NCBI GenBank assembly: GCA_964291215.2
Contig: OZ219790.1
Span: 1,888,001 to 1,952,000, forward strand
DNA: 64,000 nt
From: Alphaproteobacteria bacterium
GTDB lineage: Bacteria; Pseudomonadota; Alphaproteobacteria; MPNO01; UBA830
Direction: 5' to 3'
Shown: positions 10,215 through 20,770 of the stretch, piece after piece
Position numbering within the stretch: position 1 is the stretch's first letter
Layout: each line of letters begins with the position of its first letter
Notes under the pieces: generated by a model
What the model was told of the DNA's origin: nothing
Database searches by the model: none
What the model saw: the letters and a program-made list of their open reading frames with translations, nothing else
Program-made: the position numbers and the translations under genes

Positions 10215-11069
10215 TTGAAGCCCTTTCTGGACCGAGGCCTACCCGGTTTCCTCGTCGATGCAGCATGGCTGAAGCGCTTCGGGATCGACCCCAAATCTAT
10301 CCACAATTACGCCGAGCGGGGCTGGCTGGAGCGGGTGGTGCGCGGAGTCTACCGCCGCCCGTTGCCCCATACCGATCAGGCGGGGCACCCGATTATCCGA
10401 CTGGAGACCGACTGGCAGTTCCTGCTGCTGTCGATCCAATGGATCATGGAACATGATGCCCATCTGGGTGGTTTGAGCGTGCTCGGCTTCCATGGGCTCG
10501 CCCACTATCGGCCGCTTGGTGGCGGGAAGCGTGTCTGTCTCTATGGCGAAGCCCCCTCCCGGCTGGCGCGCCTTCCAGGCAAGACACAGTTTGTCGTCCG
10601 CTCGCGCGCCCTGTTCGGCAATGGCCTCACCGATGTCGAGAATACCGAGCACCAGCTTGAGAGCGCGCCCGGGGCGAGGACAGGGCACGGCCCGACGGTG
10701 AGCCCCTGGCGCTGGCCGCTCAAGGTTTCGTCTCCCGAACGTGCCATCCTCGAAGCGCTCGGCGAACTGCCGGCCCACGCGACCTTCGACGATCTGGACA
10801 TGATCTTTCAGGGGTTGGCGAACCTGCGCCCCGAGCGCCTGATGACCCTGCTGCGCGCTTGTAGAAGCATCAAGGTCAAGCGCCTGTTTTTCGTGTTCGC
10901 CGACCGGCATGAGCATGTCTGGTTGAAGCATCTGGACAAGAGCGCCATCGATTTCGGTTCCGGTCCGCACGCGCTGATGAAGGGTGGAAAACTGCACCCG
11001 GTCTACCGGATCTATGTGCCCGAGGCGCTTCTGCCTGTCGATCTCGACGACGACGCGAGCCATGCATGA
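10215..11069 (+). CDS. abiEi: Type IV toxin-antitoxin antitoxin, AbiEi family
   Basis: GFLVDAAWL..Y..RGWLERVVRGVYRRP, SSPERAILE, LLRACRSIKVKRLFFVFA; overlaps the downstream toxin start; 5' end uncertain. Confidence 0.88.
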   Translation: MKPFLDRGLPGFLVDAAWLKRFGIDPKSIHNYAERGWLERVVRGVYRRPLPHTDQAGHPIIRLETDWQFLLLSIQWIMEHDAHLGGLSVLGFHGLAHYRPLGGGKRVCLYGEAPSRLARLPGKTQFVVRSRALFGNGLTDVENTEHQLESAPGARTGHGPTVSPWRWPLKVSSPERAILEALGELPAHATFDDLDMIFQGLANLRPERLMTLLRACRSIKVKRLFFVFADRHEHVWLKHLDKSAIDFGSGPHALMKGGKLHPVYRIYVPEALLPVDLDDDASHA

Positions 11070-11934
11070 ACGCTGTGTCGAGCAGGTCCGTTTGCTGATG
11101 CGCCTTCTGCCGGCCATTGCGGCGGCGGAGGTCTTTGCGCTCAAAGGCGGTTCAGCCATCAATCCCTTCTACCGGGATATGCCGCGTCTGTCGGTCGACA
11201 TCGATCTGACCCATGTGCCGATCGAGAATCGTGCCTCCTCTCTTCACCATATCAATGCCACGCTCGACCGGATTATGGCCTCGTTCGGCCGCAGCAACGG
11301 GGATGGGCGGTTCCAGCGCATCGCCGGCGGTGGGAACCTGGAAACCCGCAAAATGGCCTCGCGCGGTACGGCGAGGGTGAAGATCGAGACCTCGCCTGTC
11401 ATGCGCGGGACGGTGCTGTCGCCGGTGCCGATGAGGGTTTCGGGCGCGGTAAAGGAGGCCTTCGGCTTTGCAGAGATGCCGGTGGTCGCCATTGAGGATC
11501 TCTTTGCCGGCAAGCTGCATGCCGCCCTCGACCGCCAGCATCCGCGCGGTCTCCATGATGTCCACCTGCTCTACGAGAATGAGGGGCTGACGGACGATTT
11601 ATGCCGGGCCTTTCTGGTCTATGTCCGTGCATCCGGTCGTCCGCCGCACGAACTGCTGGCGCCGCCGGCTATCCCGACAGAAGAACGGTACACGGAGGAA
11701 TTCGTTGAGATGACGCGAGAGGAGATTGCGCTGTCCAATCTCGAAGCTGTCCGATCTCGAAACAGCGCGGACGCGTCTGATCGCGGATATCCAAAGCCGC
11801 TCGACTGGCAAGTCCGCAACATTCCTGCTGTCGCTTCACGACGCCCAACCGGATTTCGCTCTCATCAACCTGCCTCAGGCCGAACGGCTTCCCGCCGTCC
11901 AATGGAGGCTTGTCAAGCTGCGCAGGCTCAAGGC
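11062..11934 (+). pseudogene. abiEii: AbiEii/AbiGii nucleotidyltransferase toxin; frameshifted and truncated at the 3' end
   Basis: FALKGGSAIN..PRLSVDIDL and GKLHAALDRQHPR. A 16-bp tandem duplication (11730-11761) shifts the frame, the C-terminus (LPAVQWRLVKL) lies in another frame, and MITE A follows. Confidence 0.85.
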
Positions 11935-12113
11935 CAGGACTTTCCCGCCTGTTGTTGATGTCTTGAATGACCGCTGAACGGGGCACAAATTTCTGCATTC
12001 TTGCCAGGTTTTCCGGCTGCGGCGACCCGGCCCCGCGGCCAGAAAACCCGGCAGGCTGTGCCCCCCCCTCCATCGGCAGTCGGCAAGATCGAATGCAGCG
12101 TGGGAAAGTCCCG
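11935..12113. mobile_element. MITE family A, copy 2
   Basis: CAGGACTTTCCC...GGGAAAGTCCCG; colinear with 2922-3115. Confidence 0.8.
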
Positions 12114-12123
12114 GGGGATCAAA

Positions 12124-12315
12124 CACGATGATCCCATGCTGTTTCGGAGACGCGAAATCCGAGTGCGTTGGAGCTCGCGTCATCACAGATCGCCCCTTGA
12201 TCGCAATTTTTCGCGCCGAGAAGGTCTCATTGAGCCTTGGCGGCACGATTGCAGCGCGACGCAGACCGAAAAATCTCGCCGGTCGCCGCTGGATTAGCAG
12301 CATGGGATCGTCGCG
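12124..12315. mobile_element. MITE family B, copy 2
   Basis: CACGATGATCCCATGCTG...CAGCATGGGATCGTCGCG; degenerate TSD GGGATCAAA / AGGATCGAA. Confidence 0.85.
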
Positions 12316-12510
12316 AGGATCGAAGGGCGCGCGTTGACATCAGCGCTCACCCGTGCGACGCTCATTTCGAGTGACCCGGCCGCCCCGCTACCCACGCCGG
12401 ACTTGGCGGATCGCCCTTTTCGGGCATGTCCGATTGCATTTCGTCACGTCAACAGCAACCGGCCTGCAGTCTTGGACCCAGGTGCGGCAACCCAACCGGA
12501 AGAGGCCGAC

Positions 12511-13761
12511 GTGCGCTGCGAAGTGGTTGCCATCGGAACCGAACTGCTCCTAGGCCAGATCACCGACACGAACTCGACCTGGATCGGCGAGCAGCTCGCG
12601 CGGGTCGGGATCGATTCCCATTATCAGGTCAAGGTCGGAGACAACTTTACGCGCATCACCGCCTGCCTGCGCCTTGCGCTCGAGCGATCCGACGCCGTGA
12701 TCTGCTGCGGTGGACTGGGGCCGACCCAGGACGACATCACCCGCGAGGTCATCGCCGAGGTCGCCGGAGTCGGCCTGCTTCGCGATCCGGAGGTCGAACG
12801 GCGGATCGTCGAAAGGTTCGCCGCGCGCGGCCGGACCATGACCGAGAACAACCGCCACCAGGCCAATATCCCCGACGGGGCGACCGTCATACCCCAGATG
12901 CCGGGAACCGCGCCGGGCTTCATGTGCCCGGTCGAGAACCGGGCGATCTATGCCGTGCCCGGAGTTCCGTCCGAGATGCGGCAGATGATGGAGGGTTTCG
13001 TGCTGCCCGACCTCCGGCGCCGCTCGGGAACGACGGCCGTCATCCGGAGCCGGACTCTGCGTACCTGGGGGCACAGTGAATCCGGGCTTGCGGAGATGCT
13101 CGCCGGCCGCATCGAGGCGCTCGACAGGACCGGTAATCCGACCCTTGCCTTTCTGGCGAGCGGCGTCGAGGGCCTCAAGGTGCGGATCACCGCGAAGGCC
13201 TCAGACGAGGCCGAAGCGGAGCGGATCATCGCCCGGGAGGAAGAGCGCGTGCGGGCGCTCCTGGGCGAGATTGTCTTCGGCGTCGATGACCAAACCATGG
13301 AAGCGGTGATCGTCGAGCGGCTGCGCGCCGAGAGACAGACGCTGGCCGTGTCCGAGAGCCTGACCGGCGGCCTGATCTCGACCCGACTCAGCGCCGCCGA
13401 CCCGGAGATGGCGACCTTTGTCGGCGGCTGGACGCGGCCCTGGGCGGCCGCCAACACCGCGGCGCCGCTACCGGGTCCCGAGCGCGCGAAGTGGATGGCC
13501 AGCGATGTGCGGGCCGCGCATGAGGCCGATGTTGGCATAGCCGCAACCGGTCCGTTGCCCGGCGAACAGGCCGCCCCGGGAACGGTCTTCATGGCCATCG
13601 CCACCGCACGGGAGACGGTGGCGCACCAGGTCGCGCTTCCAGGAGATCCGCCGCAGGTGCGGGAATACGCGGTGATCAATCTCCTCAACATGCTCCGCAG
13701 GACCCTCATCGGTGAACCTGCGGCCAGCCCTGCCGAACGCGGACGGTCCGGCGCGAGTTGA
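12511..13761 (+). CDS. cinA: CinA family competence/damage-inducible protein (MocF-like plus PncC-like domains)
   Basis: IGTELLLGQITDTN, GGLGPTQDDIT, PGVPSEM, ESLTGG; GTG start at 12511. Confidence 0.9.
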   Translation: MRCEVVAIGTELLLGQITDTNSTWIGEQLARVGIDSHYQVKVGDNFTRITACLRLALERSDAVICCGGLGPTQDDITREVIAEVAGVGLLRDPEVERRIVERFAARGRTMTENNRHQANIPDGATVIPQMPGTAPGFMCPVENRAIYAVPGVPSEMRQMMEGFVLPDLRRRSGTTAVIRSRTLRTWGHSESGLAEMLAGRIEALDRTGNPTLAFLASGVEGLKVRITAKASDEAEAERIIAREEERVRALLGEIVFGVDDQTMEAVIVERLRAERQTLAVSESLTGGLISTRLSAADPEMATFVGGWTRPWAAANTAAPLPGPERAKWMASDVRAAHEADVGIAATGPLPGEQAAPGTVFMAIATARETVAHQVALPGDPPQVREYAVINLLNMLRRTLIGEPAASPAERGRSGAS

Positions 13762-13882
13762 CCGAGGACCGCGTGATGTTAGATTTTCGAGGGCCGGCGC
13801 GGGTGACAGGCTGGGGAAGCGACGCGCGATTTTCCTGAATCTGCCCGATTCCGGCGATCCCGTTTCTGGAATCGGAAGACCG

Positions 13883-15073
13883 ATGCTGCAAACTCCGGAT
13901 GACCCGAACGGGCCGGCACAGGACCTGATCGACAAGGCCGAGGCGCTGGTCCCGGTGCTGGCAGAACGCGTCGAAGAGGCGGAAGCGTTGCGCCGCGTTC
14001 CCGACAGCTCGATCGACGATCTCCGCCGTTCAGGCTTTTTCCGGGCAGCCCTTCCGAAACGATACGGAGGCCACGAACTCGGCCTGGATCACGTGATCGA
14101 GGCCGTGTCGCGCCTCGGGCGCGGCTGCGGATCGACCGCATGGGTGTTCGGGATCTTCTGCGATCACATGATGACGATGGGCATGATGCCTCGGCAGACC
14201 CAGGACGAGATCTGGAGCGAGGACTCCGACACGCTGGTGTCCTCGGGGCTCGCGCCGGCCGGCCAGACAGAGCGGATGCCGGGCGGCGTGAAGCTCAGCG
14301 GGAGATGGCAGTTCTCGAGCGGCTGCGACCACGCGGCCTGGGTCTTCGTTCAGAGTTTCATCCCTCCCGATGACGAGGGCGGCGCCGCAACACCCGGCTA
14401 CTTCCTCCTGCCGCGCGACTCCTTCGAGATCGTCGACACATGGTACGTCGCCGGGCTGAAGGGAACCGGCAGCAAGGACATCGTCATCGACGGGGCCTTC
14501 GTTCCCGAACATCGCATCCAGGCACTGGAGCTGTTCAATGCCGGGACCGGACCCGGCGGCCAGGTCAACGAGGGCGCGATCTACCGTCTCCCCCGGATCG
14601 CAACGATTCCGTTTTCCCTGGTCGCGCCGGCGATCGGCATCTTGGATGCCATGATAGAAGCCTTCATCGAGCGCGTCGGCGGCCGCGAGACGCGTGGTTT
14701 CCGCCATGCCGAGCTGACGACCATGCAGTTGCGCCTCGCCGAATCCACGGCGGAGCGCGACTGCGCGAGGCTGCTGCTGCAGCGCGCCACCGCGGACACC
14801 ATGGCAAGCATGATGGAGGACGGCGGTCTCGATCTCGAACAGCGGGCCAGGAACCGTCGGGACATGGCGTATGTAGCCGTACTCTGCATGCGCGCGGCTG
14901 ACCGCCTGTTTCAGGCCGTGGGCGCCGGCGGGCTGTTCGACGGCAACGACATGAGGCGCCATCACGCCGACATCCGGGCTATCAGCGTCCACTACATCAA
15001 CAGCTGGGATATCTCCGGCCCGATCTACGGCCAGATGGCCCTGGGGCTCGAACCCACCAGCCCGCTGGTCTGA
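13883..15073 (+). CDS. Acyl-CoA-dehydrogenase-fold flavin-dependent monooxygenase, oxygenase subunit (HsaA/C2-hpah-like)
   Basis: PKRYGG, CGSTAW, GRWQFSSGCDHA, DTWYVAGLKGTGSKD. Confidence 0.85.
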   Translation: MLQTPDDPNGPAQDLIDKAEALVPVLAERVEEAEALRRVPDSSIDDLRRSGFFRAALPKRYGGHELGLDHVIEAVSRLGRGCGSTAWVFGIFCDHMMTMGMMPRQTQDEIWSEDSDTLVSSGLAPAGQTERMPGGVKLSGRWQFSSGCDHAAWVFVQSFIPPDDEGGAATPGYFLLPRDSFEIVDTWYVAGLKGTGSKDIVIDGAFVPEHRIQALELFNAGTGPGGQVNEGAIYRLPRIATIPFSLVAPAIGILDAMIEAFIERVGGRETRGFRHAELTTMQLRLAESTAERDCARLLLQRATADTMASMMEDGGLDLEQRARNRRDMAYVAVLCMRAADRLFQAVGAGGLFDGNDMRRHHADIRAISVHYINSWDISGPIYGQMALGLEPTSPLV

Positions 15074-15105
15074 CCGCCCGGGGGCATGCGCGTCCGGCCG
15101 GCGCG

Positions 15106-16551
15106 TCAGTCCCGCGGCAGTTTCAGTTCGTCCAGCGGCGGCAGACCGTACTCGCCCCAGTTTTCCTCAACCTCGCGCATCCGCGCCGCCGGCGGCAGGG
15201 AGAGGGCCGGAAAGTCCCATTTCCTGGTCGCATCGACGATCATCTTGGCGCCTCTGATCTCCGAACCGCTGCGGCCGGGCTCGAACGACGAGGGATCGAG
15301 TTCGACCGGCGCCGTATCCCCGATCAGCCTGATGTCCCTGTCCGGCCGCACACGCCAGGCCATCACCCAGTCCCGCATGAACGGGTCCTCGATATCGACA
15401 TCGTCGTCGCACACGACGATCCACTTGAAGTAGCTCATCCCGAAATGCCCGAGCACGCCAAATGCCGTCTGGTCGACATGGCCAGCATACATCTTGCGCA
15501 TGCTGATCCACAGCGTCGCCGTGCCGCCACCGGCCTCAAGGACATGAACGGCGCGGATTCCGGGCAGGTTGAGATCCTCGGCCAGATGCTTCTTCAGGCC
15601 CGCCTCCAGCAGCGCGCGCTTGATCATGGAGGATTCGGACGGCGGAAACTGACTGATGACGCCCATGACGATCGGCTCCCTGCGGTGGGTGATGCAGGTG
15701 ACGCGGAACACCGGCCCCTCGCGGCCGCCGGCCATATGGCCGGTGAACTCTCCGAACGGCCCCTCGGGCTCGGTCTCGTCGATGAGTATCTCGCCCTCAA
15801 CCACGATCTCGGCGTGTGCGGGGACCTCGAGATCCACCGTTTCGCACCTGACGAGCTCGATTGGCGCGCCGCGGATTCCACCCGCGACCGCAAGTTCGTC
15901 GGCCCCGTAGCGCGCCGGCGCCACGAGGTATTGCACCGGATCGCCGCCGATGAAGAAGGCCGCCGGCATGTGCTGCCCGCGGCGCTTCCACTTCTCGTAG
16001 TGGATCGCGCCGCCGCGGTCGGGTGCACCAAACAGGATACCCGTACGATCCCGCCCCTTGATCTGGCAGCGGCGGATGCCGATGTTGCGGTGCCCGCTGT
16101 CCGGGTCCTTCGTCACCCAGAGCGGCGTCAGATAGGGACCCGCGTCCTTTTCCGGCGTCCACACAGGCACCGGCAGCTTGCCAAGGTCGACCGCGTCGCC
16201 GCGCAGTATCACCTCCTTGCAGGGTCCGCCCTCAACGACGACGGGCTCGATCGGCGCCGTCATTCCGGCGGTCACGCAGGCATGGATCGCCTCAAGGCTG
16301 TTCTCGCAGCCGAGCGCGGTGGCGATCATGCGGCGCGACGATGCGGTCACGCCGGCCACGATGCGCCCGTCCGCAAAGCCCCTGACATTGCGGAAACCGA
16401 TGCCGTAGCGGTTGTCCTCGTCCATCGCCCGGAAGATCATTCGGAGGACGGTGCCGACCTCCCAGTCCTTGTCCACTTCCTTGTCAACCCATCTGAAAAG
16501 CCCCTGCTGTTCGAGGACCCGGAGCCATGTCCGCAGACTTTCATATGCCAT
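15106..16551 (-). CDS. UbiD-family (prFMN-dependent) decarboxylase
   Basis: DAGPY, NIGIRRCQ, VPAHAEIVVEG, EGPFGEFTGH, VCDDDVD. Confidence 0.92.
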   Translation of the reverse strand: MAYESLRTWLRVLEQQGLFRWVDKEVDKDWEVGTVLRMIFRAMDEDNRYGIGFRNVRGFADGRIVAGVTASSRRMIATALGCENSLEAIHACVTAGMTAPIEPVVVEGGPCKEVILRGDAVDLGKLPVPVWTPEKDAGPYLTPLWVTKDPDSGHRNIGIRRCQIKGRDRTGILFGAPDRGGAIHYEKWKRRGQHMPAAFFIGGDPVQYLVAPARYGADELAVAGGIRGAPIELVRCETVDLEVPAHAEIVVEGEILIDETEPEGPFGEFTGHMAGGREGPVFRVTCITHRREPIVMGVISQFPPSESSMIKRALLEAGLKKHLAEDLNLPGIRAVHVLEAGGGTATLWISMRKMYAGHVDQTAFGVLGHFGMSYFKWIVVCDDDVDIEDPFMRDWVMAWRVRPDRDIRLIGDTAPVELDPSSFEPGRSGSEIRGAKMIVDATRKWDFPALSLPPAARMREVEENWGEYGLPPLDELKLPRD

Positions 16552-16923
16552 TGCGCGTCTCCTCCATGCTGTCACGGCATGCGCACGACCCGCGCCCGCC
16601 GAGCCGGCGGGACAGTCGTAATGCGACCTGCTTGTGCGAAGCGCCGGGGTGCGGCGGCTGCCGGCCCGTCCCAGGCCGTTCCCGCAACGTCGAGGGCGAT
16701 ATGCACGACTTCCCGCCCGCCATCAACCTCGCAGTCGGATGCCCGCACAGCGGTCCCGGCATCCTCGGGCGTGAACATGTGCCATCGGAGGAGCCCGGGT
16801 TCCTCGCGGCGGCGCCACCGGAGCTGTCGCCGCAAGCACCTTCCCGGAGAACTCCTGCGAGCCGTGCCGGTATCTGGCGTGGAACGGGCGCACGGAACGG
16901 CCCGGCGGCAATGGTGGCCGGTG

Positions 16924-18675
16924 TCAGCCGGATCCGGCGCGCCCTCCCGATACCCCGTCCGCGGAGGAGTCATCGGACGGCATGATGACATCGGCCAGAA
17001 GGGCGTAGTCGTCGGCGCGGTGCATATCGATGATGCGGCGGATCTGGCCCTCGTCGGCGCCATATCCGCGCAGGACCGCTTCACCAAGCTGCAGGCTCAA
17101 TTCGTAGGTTTCGTGGACGATGCCGCTGGCCCCCGCCTCGTGAAGACGGTGCATGTGCGGGTTGTCGCGCGCGCGCGCATAGATCTCGAGCCCCGGGTAG
17201 CGGGCCCGCAGCTGGTGCACCACCCGCTCCGCCCCGGCAGCGTTGTCGAGAATGATGACGGCAGCGCGGGCGCGCGAGATCCCCACCGCCTCGAGAACCT
17301 CGAGCCTGCTCGCGTCGCCATAATACACCGACAGGCCCATGGCCCTCGCCCGCGCGACCCGCGTCGGCTCGAACTCGAGCGCAACATACGGAATATCCGC
17401 TGTCGTCAGGGCCTTCATCAGCGATTGCCCGACACGGCCAAAACCCGCGATCACGACATGGTTGGCAAGATCGGTCGTCTCCGCCCGCATCTGTTCGTGA
17501 TCGTCAGCTGGAAGGGTATCGAAATAGTCGTGAAGACGGCTCCCGATCGCCAGCGCAAGCGGCGTCAGGATCATGCTCACGACGATGACGGCGGCGAGGA
17601 TGGTGGTATCGTTCCGACTGAGAATTCCCAGCTCCCCCGCCATCGCAAAGATCACGAAACCGAACTCGCCTGCTCCGCCGAGCAGGAACGCCGTATTGGC
17701 GCCGATGCCGGCCGGGACACCCGAGCATCGGCAGAGTCCGAATATGATCGCAGCCTTGAGGGCGAACAGCACCGCGACCAGGCCGAGCACCAGCAACACG
17801 TGATTCCCGATCACGTCCAGGCTCAGGCCAATGCCGACGGTCATGAAGAAAAGGCCGAGGAGCAGGTCTCCGAACGGCCGGGTATCGGCCGCGACCTGGT
17901 GGCGAAATTCGGTTTCGGCGAGGAGCAGGCCGGCGAGGAAGCCACCGATGGCAAGCGACAGCCCGACCGACGCCGTCAGCCAGCTCATCCCGAGAAGCAC
18001 GGCAAGCGTCACCGCAGCGAACAGTTCCGTGCTGCGCCCGACCGCAATGACCCGGAGCAGCGGACGCAAGACAAGACGGCCGACCAGGACAACGACAGCC
18101 AGCGCCAATACCGCCTTGCCGAGCGGCAGGAGGATGGATCCGAACGTTCCGCCACCGTTGTCTGCCATCGCAGCAACCAGAGCAAGAAGCGGCACAACGG
18201 CCAGATCCTGGAGAAGGAGGATGGCGAAGGCGAGGCGGCCCCTGCGGGAGGTAAGCTGGCCGCGCTCGGACAGAAGCTGAAGGACAACCGCCGTCGACGA
18301 CAGGGCCAGGCCGGCGCCGATGACGACGCCGCTGTGGATCGGGTAGCCGACGGCGACTGCTATTGCGGCGATGGCGGCCGCGGTCAACGCCACCTGGGCA
18401 GTCCCGAGTCCGAAGATCAGGTTTCTGATGACCCGCAGACGCTCCACGCTGAGTTCAAGCCCAACCGAGAACAGCAGGAAGACGACACCGAGCTCGGCGA
18501 TGCTCTGGACCGTGTACGAACTCGCGACCAGCCCGAGCACGTCCGGCCCGATTATAACTCCAGCCGCCAGATATCCGAGCACCAGGCTGGACCGCAGACG
18601 CTGGAACACCGGGGCGACGATCACAGCTGCGATCAGGAAGATCAGCGCTTCGGAAAGGAAATCTGCGTCATGCAT
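16924..18675 (-). CDS. CPA2-family K+/H+ antiporter with a TrkA-N (KTN) domain, KefB/KefC-like
   Basis: LGYLAAG..GP, ELGVVFLLF, ALSSTA, LLLQDLA, GFGRVGQ, YYGDAS. Confidence 0.93.
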   Translation of the reverse strand: MHDADFLSEALIFLIAAVIVAPVFQRLRSSLVLGYLAAGVIIGPDVLGLVASSYTVQSIAELGVVFLLFSVGLELSVERLRVIRNLIFGLGTAQVALTAAAIAAIAVAVGYPIHSGVVIGAGLALSSTAVVLQLLSERGQLTSRRGRLAFAILLLQDLAVVPLLALVAAMADNGGGTFGSILLPLGKAVLALAVVVLVGRLVLRPLLRVIAVGRSTELFAAVTLAVLLGMSWLTASVGLSLAIGGFLAGLLLAETEFRHQVAADTRPFGDLLLGLFFMTVGIGLSLDVIGNHVLLVLGLVAVLFALKAAIIFGLCRCSGVPAGIGANTAFLLGGAGEFGFVIFAMAGELGILSRNDTTILAAVIVVSMILTPLALAIGSRLHDYFDTLPADDHEQMRAETTDLANHVVIAGFGRVGQSLMKALTTADIPYVALEFEPTRVARARAMGLSVYYGDASRLEVLEAVGISRARAAVIILDNAAGAERVVHQLRARYPGLEIYARARDNPHMHRLHEAGASGIVHETYELSLQLGEAVLRGYGADEGQIRRIIDMHRADDYALLADVIMPSDDSSADGVSGGRAGSG

Positions 18676-18983
18676 GGGCGTTTCGCGCCTGCGCCGCGGG
18701 CTTGCTCCCGACGGGGACTGCGGAGCCGCCTCCCGGCCCGAATCTTCCGGCAGCACTCCCGACGCGCGCGGCGTCGTGTATAATCGTGTCGGCTGCTACC
18801 GTCCCCTGCGCCGAAGATATCGCAGTTCGCAGGGTTCATACCGAATCAGGTTACCTCCCGTTCCGGGAAAACGCGGCAGAGCCCTGTGTCCGGAGATCCC
18901 ATGCAGACAGCAGCAGTTCCTATATCCCCGGGGGTTTCCGGCGGTGCTCGAGCGATTGGACGCGCACCCGGCAGGCGTCGCCG

Positions 18984-19961
18984 ATGACTTATCTGCTCAT
19001 CGCCGCAGGCCTCGCGCTTCTCCTGTTCGGCGGTGAAGCGGTCGTCCGCGGCTCGGTGGCCCTTGCCGACCGCCTCGGCGTCTCGCCGCTCATCGTCGGC
19101 CTGACCATCGTCGGATTCGGAACGTCGGTTCCCGAACTGGTGGTCAGCGTCAACGCCGCCCTGTCCGGTTCTCCCGGCATCGCCGTCGGCAATGTCATCG
19201 GCAGCAACATCGCCAACAGCATGCTCATTCTCGGCGTCGGCGCCCTTATCCTCCCGATCGCCGTCACCCCGCTGGCGGTGCGGCGCGACGCGCTCTGCAT
19301 GGTGGCGGCAACGCTTGTCTTCATCGGGCTCGGCCTGACCGGCGGCCTCGTCTGGTGGCACGGCGCTCTTCTCGTCTGCGTGCTGTGCTGCTACATCCTC
19401 GGAACCGTCTGGCAGGATACCCGGACCCAGGACGCGGCGGCGGACCTCCACCGCAACGAAGCCGGAGAGCCCGGCTTTGCCAGGCTGCACACCGGCCTCG
19501 TGTTCGCCATCGTCATCGCCGGAATCTGCGCGGTCGTCGTCGGCGCTGAATGGCTGGTCGACGGCGCGACGACGGTCGCGCGGCAGGTCGGCGTTCCCGA
19601 CGAGGTAATCGGCCTGACCCTGGTCGCCTTCGGCACGTCGTTGCCCGAACTCGCCACCGCCATAGTTGCAGCCTATCGCGGTCATCCGGACGTGTGCGTA
19701 GGCAACGTTCTCGGCAGCAACATCTTCAACCTTTTCGGAATAGCAGGCATCACCGCCCTGTTCGCACCGCTTCCGTTCTCCGCCCAGATCATCGGGTTCG
19801 ATCTCTGGGCAATGCTCGGCGCCACCCTGCTCCTGCTGCCGTTCATGCTGACCGGCCTTCGCATCAGCCGCCTTGAGGGCGCCATCCTCGCTGTCCTCTA
19901 CGGTGCCTATGTGACCGCGGTCTTCCTTGGCTGGGGCAGCCGCATCGCCGGCGCGTCTTGA
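18984..19961 (+). CDS. Ca2+/Na+ antiporter (YrbG family)
   Basis: Two alpha repeats, GTSVPE..GNVIGSNIAN and GTSLPE..GNVLGSNIFN. Confidence 0.93.
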   Translation: MTYLLIAAGLALLLFGGEAVVRGSVALADRLGVSPLIVGLTIVGFGTSVPELVVSVNAALSGSPGIAVGNVIGSNIANSMLILGVGALILPIAVTPLAVRRDALCMVAATLVFIGLGLTGGLVWWHGALLVCVLCCYILGTVWQDTRTQDAAADLHRNEAGEPGFARLHTGLVFAIVIAGICAVVVGAEWLVDGATTVARQVGVPDEVIGLTLVAFGTSLPELATAIVAAYRGHPDVCVGNVLGSNIFNLFGIAGITALFAPLPFSAQIIGFDLWAMLGATLLLLPFMLTGLRISRLEGAILAVLYGAYVTAVFLGWGSRIAGAS

Positions 19962-19992
19962 TCGTCCGGCGCCGCCGCTGCATGCTTCGACG

Positions 19993-20766
19993 ATGATTTC
20001 GGGTTCCAGAGGCAACGCGCTTGTGACCGGCGCGGCAAGGCGAATCGGGCGCGCCATCGCCCTCGCGCTTGCCGACGACGGCTGGGCGGTCGGCATACAC
20101 TGCCGAAATTCCCGGGCGGAAGGCAAGGCGCTGGCCGGCGAGATCAACAGCTCCGGCCGAACCGCCTACCTTGTCGACGCGGACCTGTGCGACGACACGG
20201 CCTGCCGCCGCATGATGGCAGCAGCGGCAGCGGCCGCCGGCCCGGTCGCCTGCCTCGTCAACAACGCTTCGGTTTTCGGGCGCGACACCATCGAGAACGT
20301 GTCCCGGGAGGGCTGGGACCAGCACATGAACACCAACTTGTGGGCGCCTCTTCTTTTGTCCCAGATCATGGCCGCCGGCCTCCCCGGCGGCCGCCAGGGC
20401 AACATTGTCAACATCGTCGACGAGAGGGTGGTCAACCTGCCGCCCGGCTTCATCTCCTACACCACGAGCAAGGCGGCTCTCTGGGCAATGACGCGCTGTC
20501 TCGCGCTCGCGCTCGCGCCGCGCATCCGCGTCAACGCCGTTGGCCCCGGCCCCACCCTCCCGAGCCCGCGCCAGACAGCCGAACAGTTTGCCCTCCAGGC
20601 GGCCGCCGTGCCGCTGGAACACGGCGCCACGGCCGAGGAAATCGCCCGCGGGGTGCTGTATATTCTTCAGTCGCCGTCGATGACCGGACAACTGATCACG
20701 CTTGATGGCGGCCAGCATCTCGGCTGGCATTTTCCCGGCCGCGACCATGACGGGATCGAGGAATAG
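19993..20766 (+). CDS. SDR oxidoreductase, pteridine reductase/FolM-like
   Basis: TGAARRIG, NNAS, YTTSK; adjacent to folB. Confidence 0.88.
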   Translation: MISGSRGNALVTGAARRIGRAIALALADDGWAVGIHCRNSRAEGKALAGEINSSGRTAYLVDADLCDDTACRRMMAAAAAAAGPVACLVNNASVFGRDTIENVSREGWDQHMNTNLWAPLLLSQIMAAGLPGGRQGNIVNIVDERVVNLPPGFISYTTSKAALWAMTRCLALALAPRIRVNAVGPGPTLPSPRQTAEQFALQAAAVPLEHGATAEEIARGVLYILQSPSMTGQLITLDGGQHLGWHFPGRDHDGIEE

Positions 20767-20770
20767 CGCG

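Noticed and set aside
16576-16923. 350-bp gap between the CPA2 and UbiD genes, as a possible small gene or riboswitch
   Set aside because: No recognisable protein motif or RNA consensus; would need an Rfam or BLASTX search.
15445-18783. 1112-aa plus-strand ORF
   Set aside because: Antisense shadow of the UbiD and CPA2 genes in high-GC DNA.
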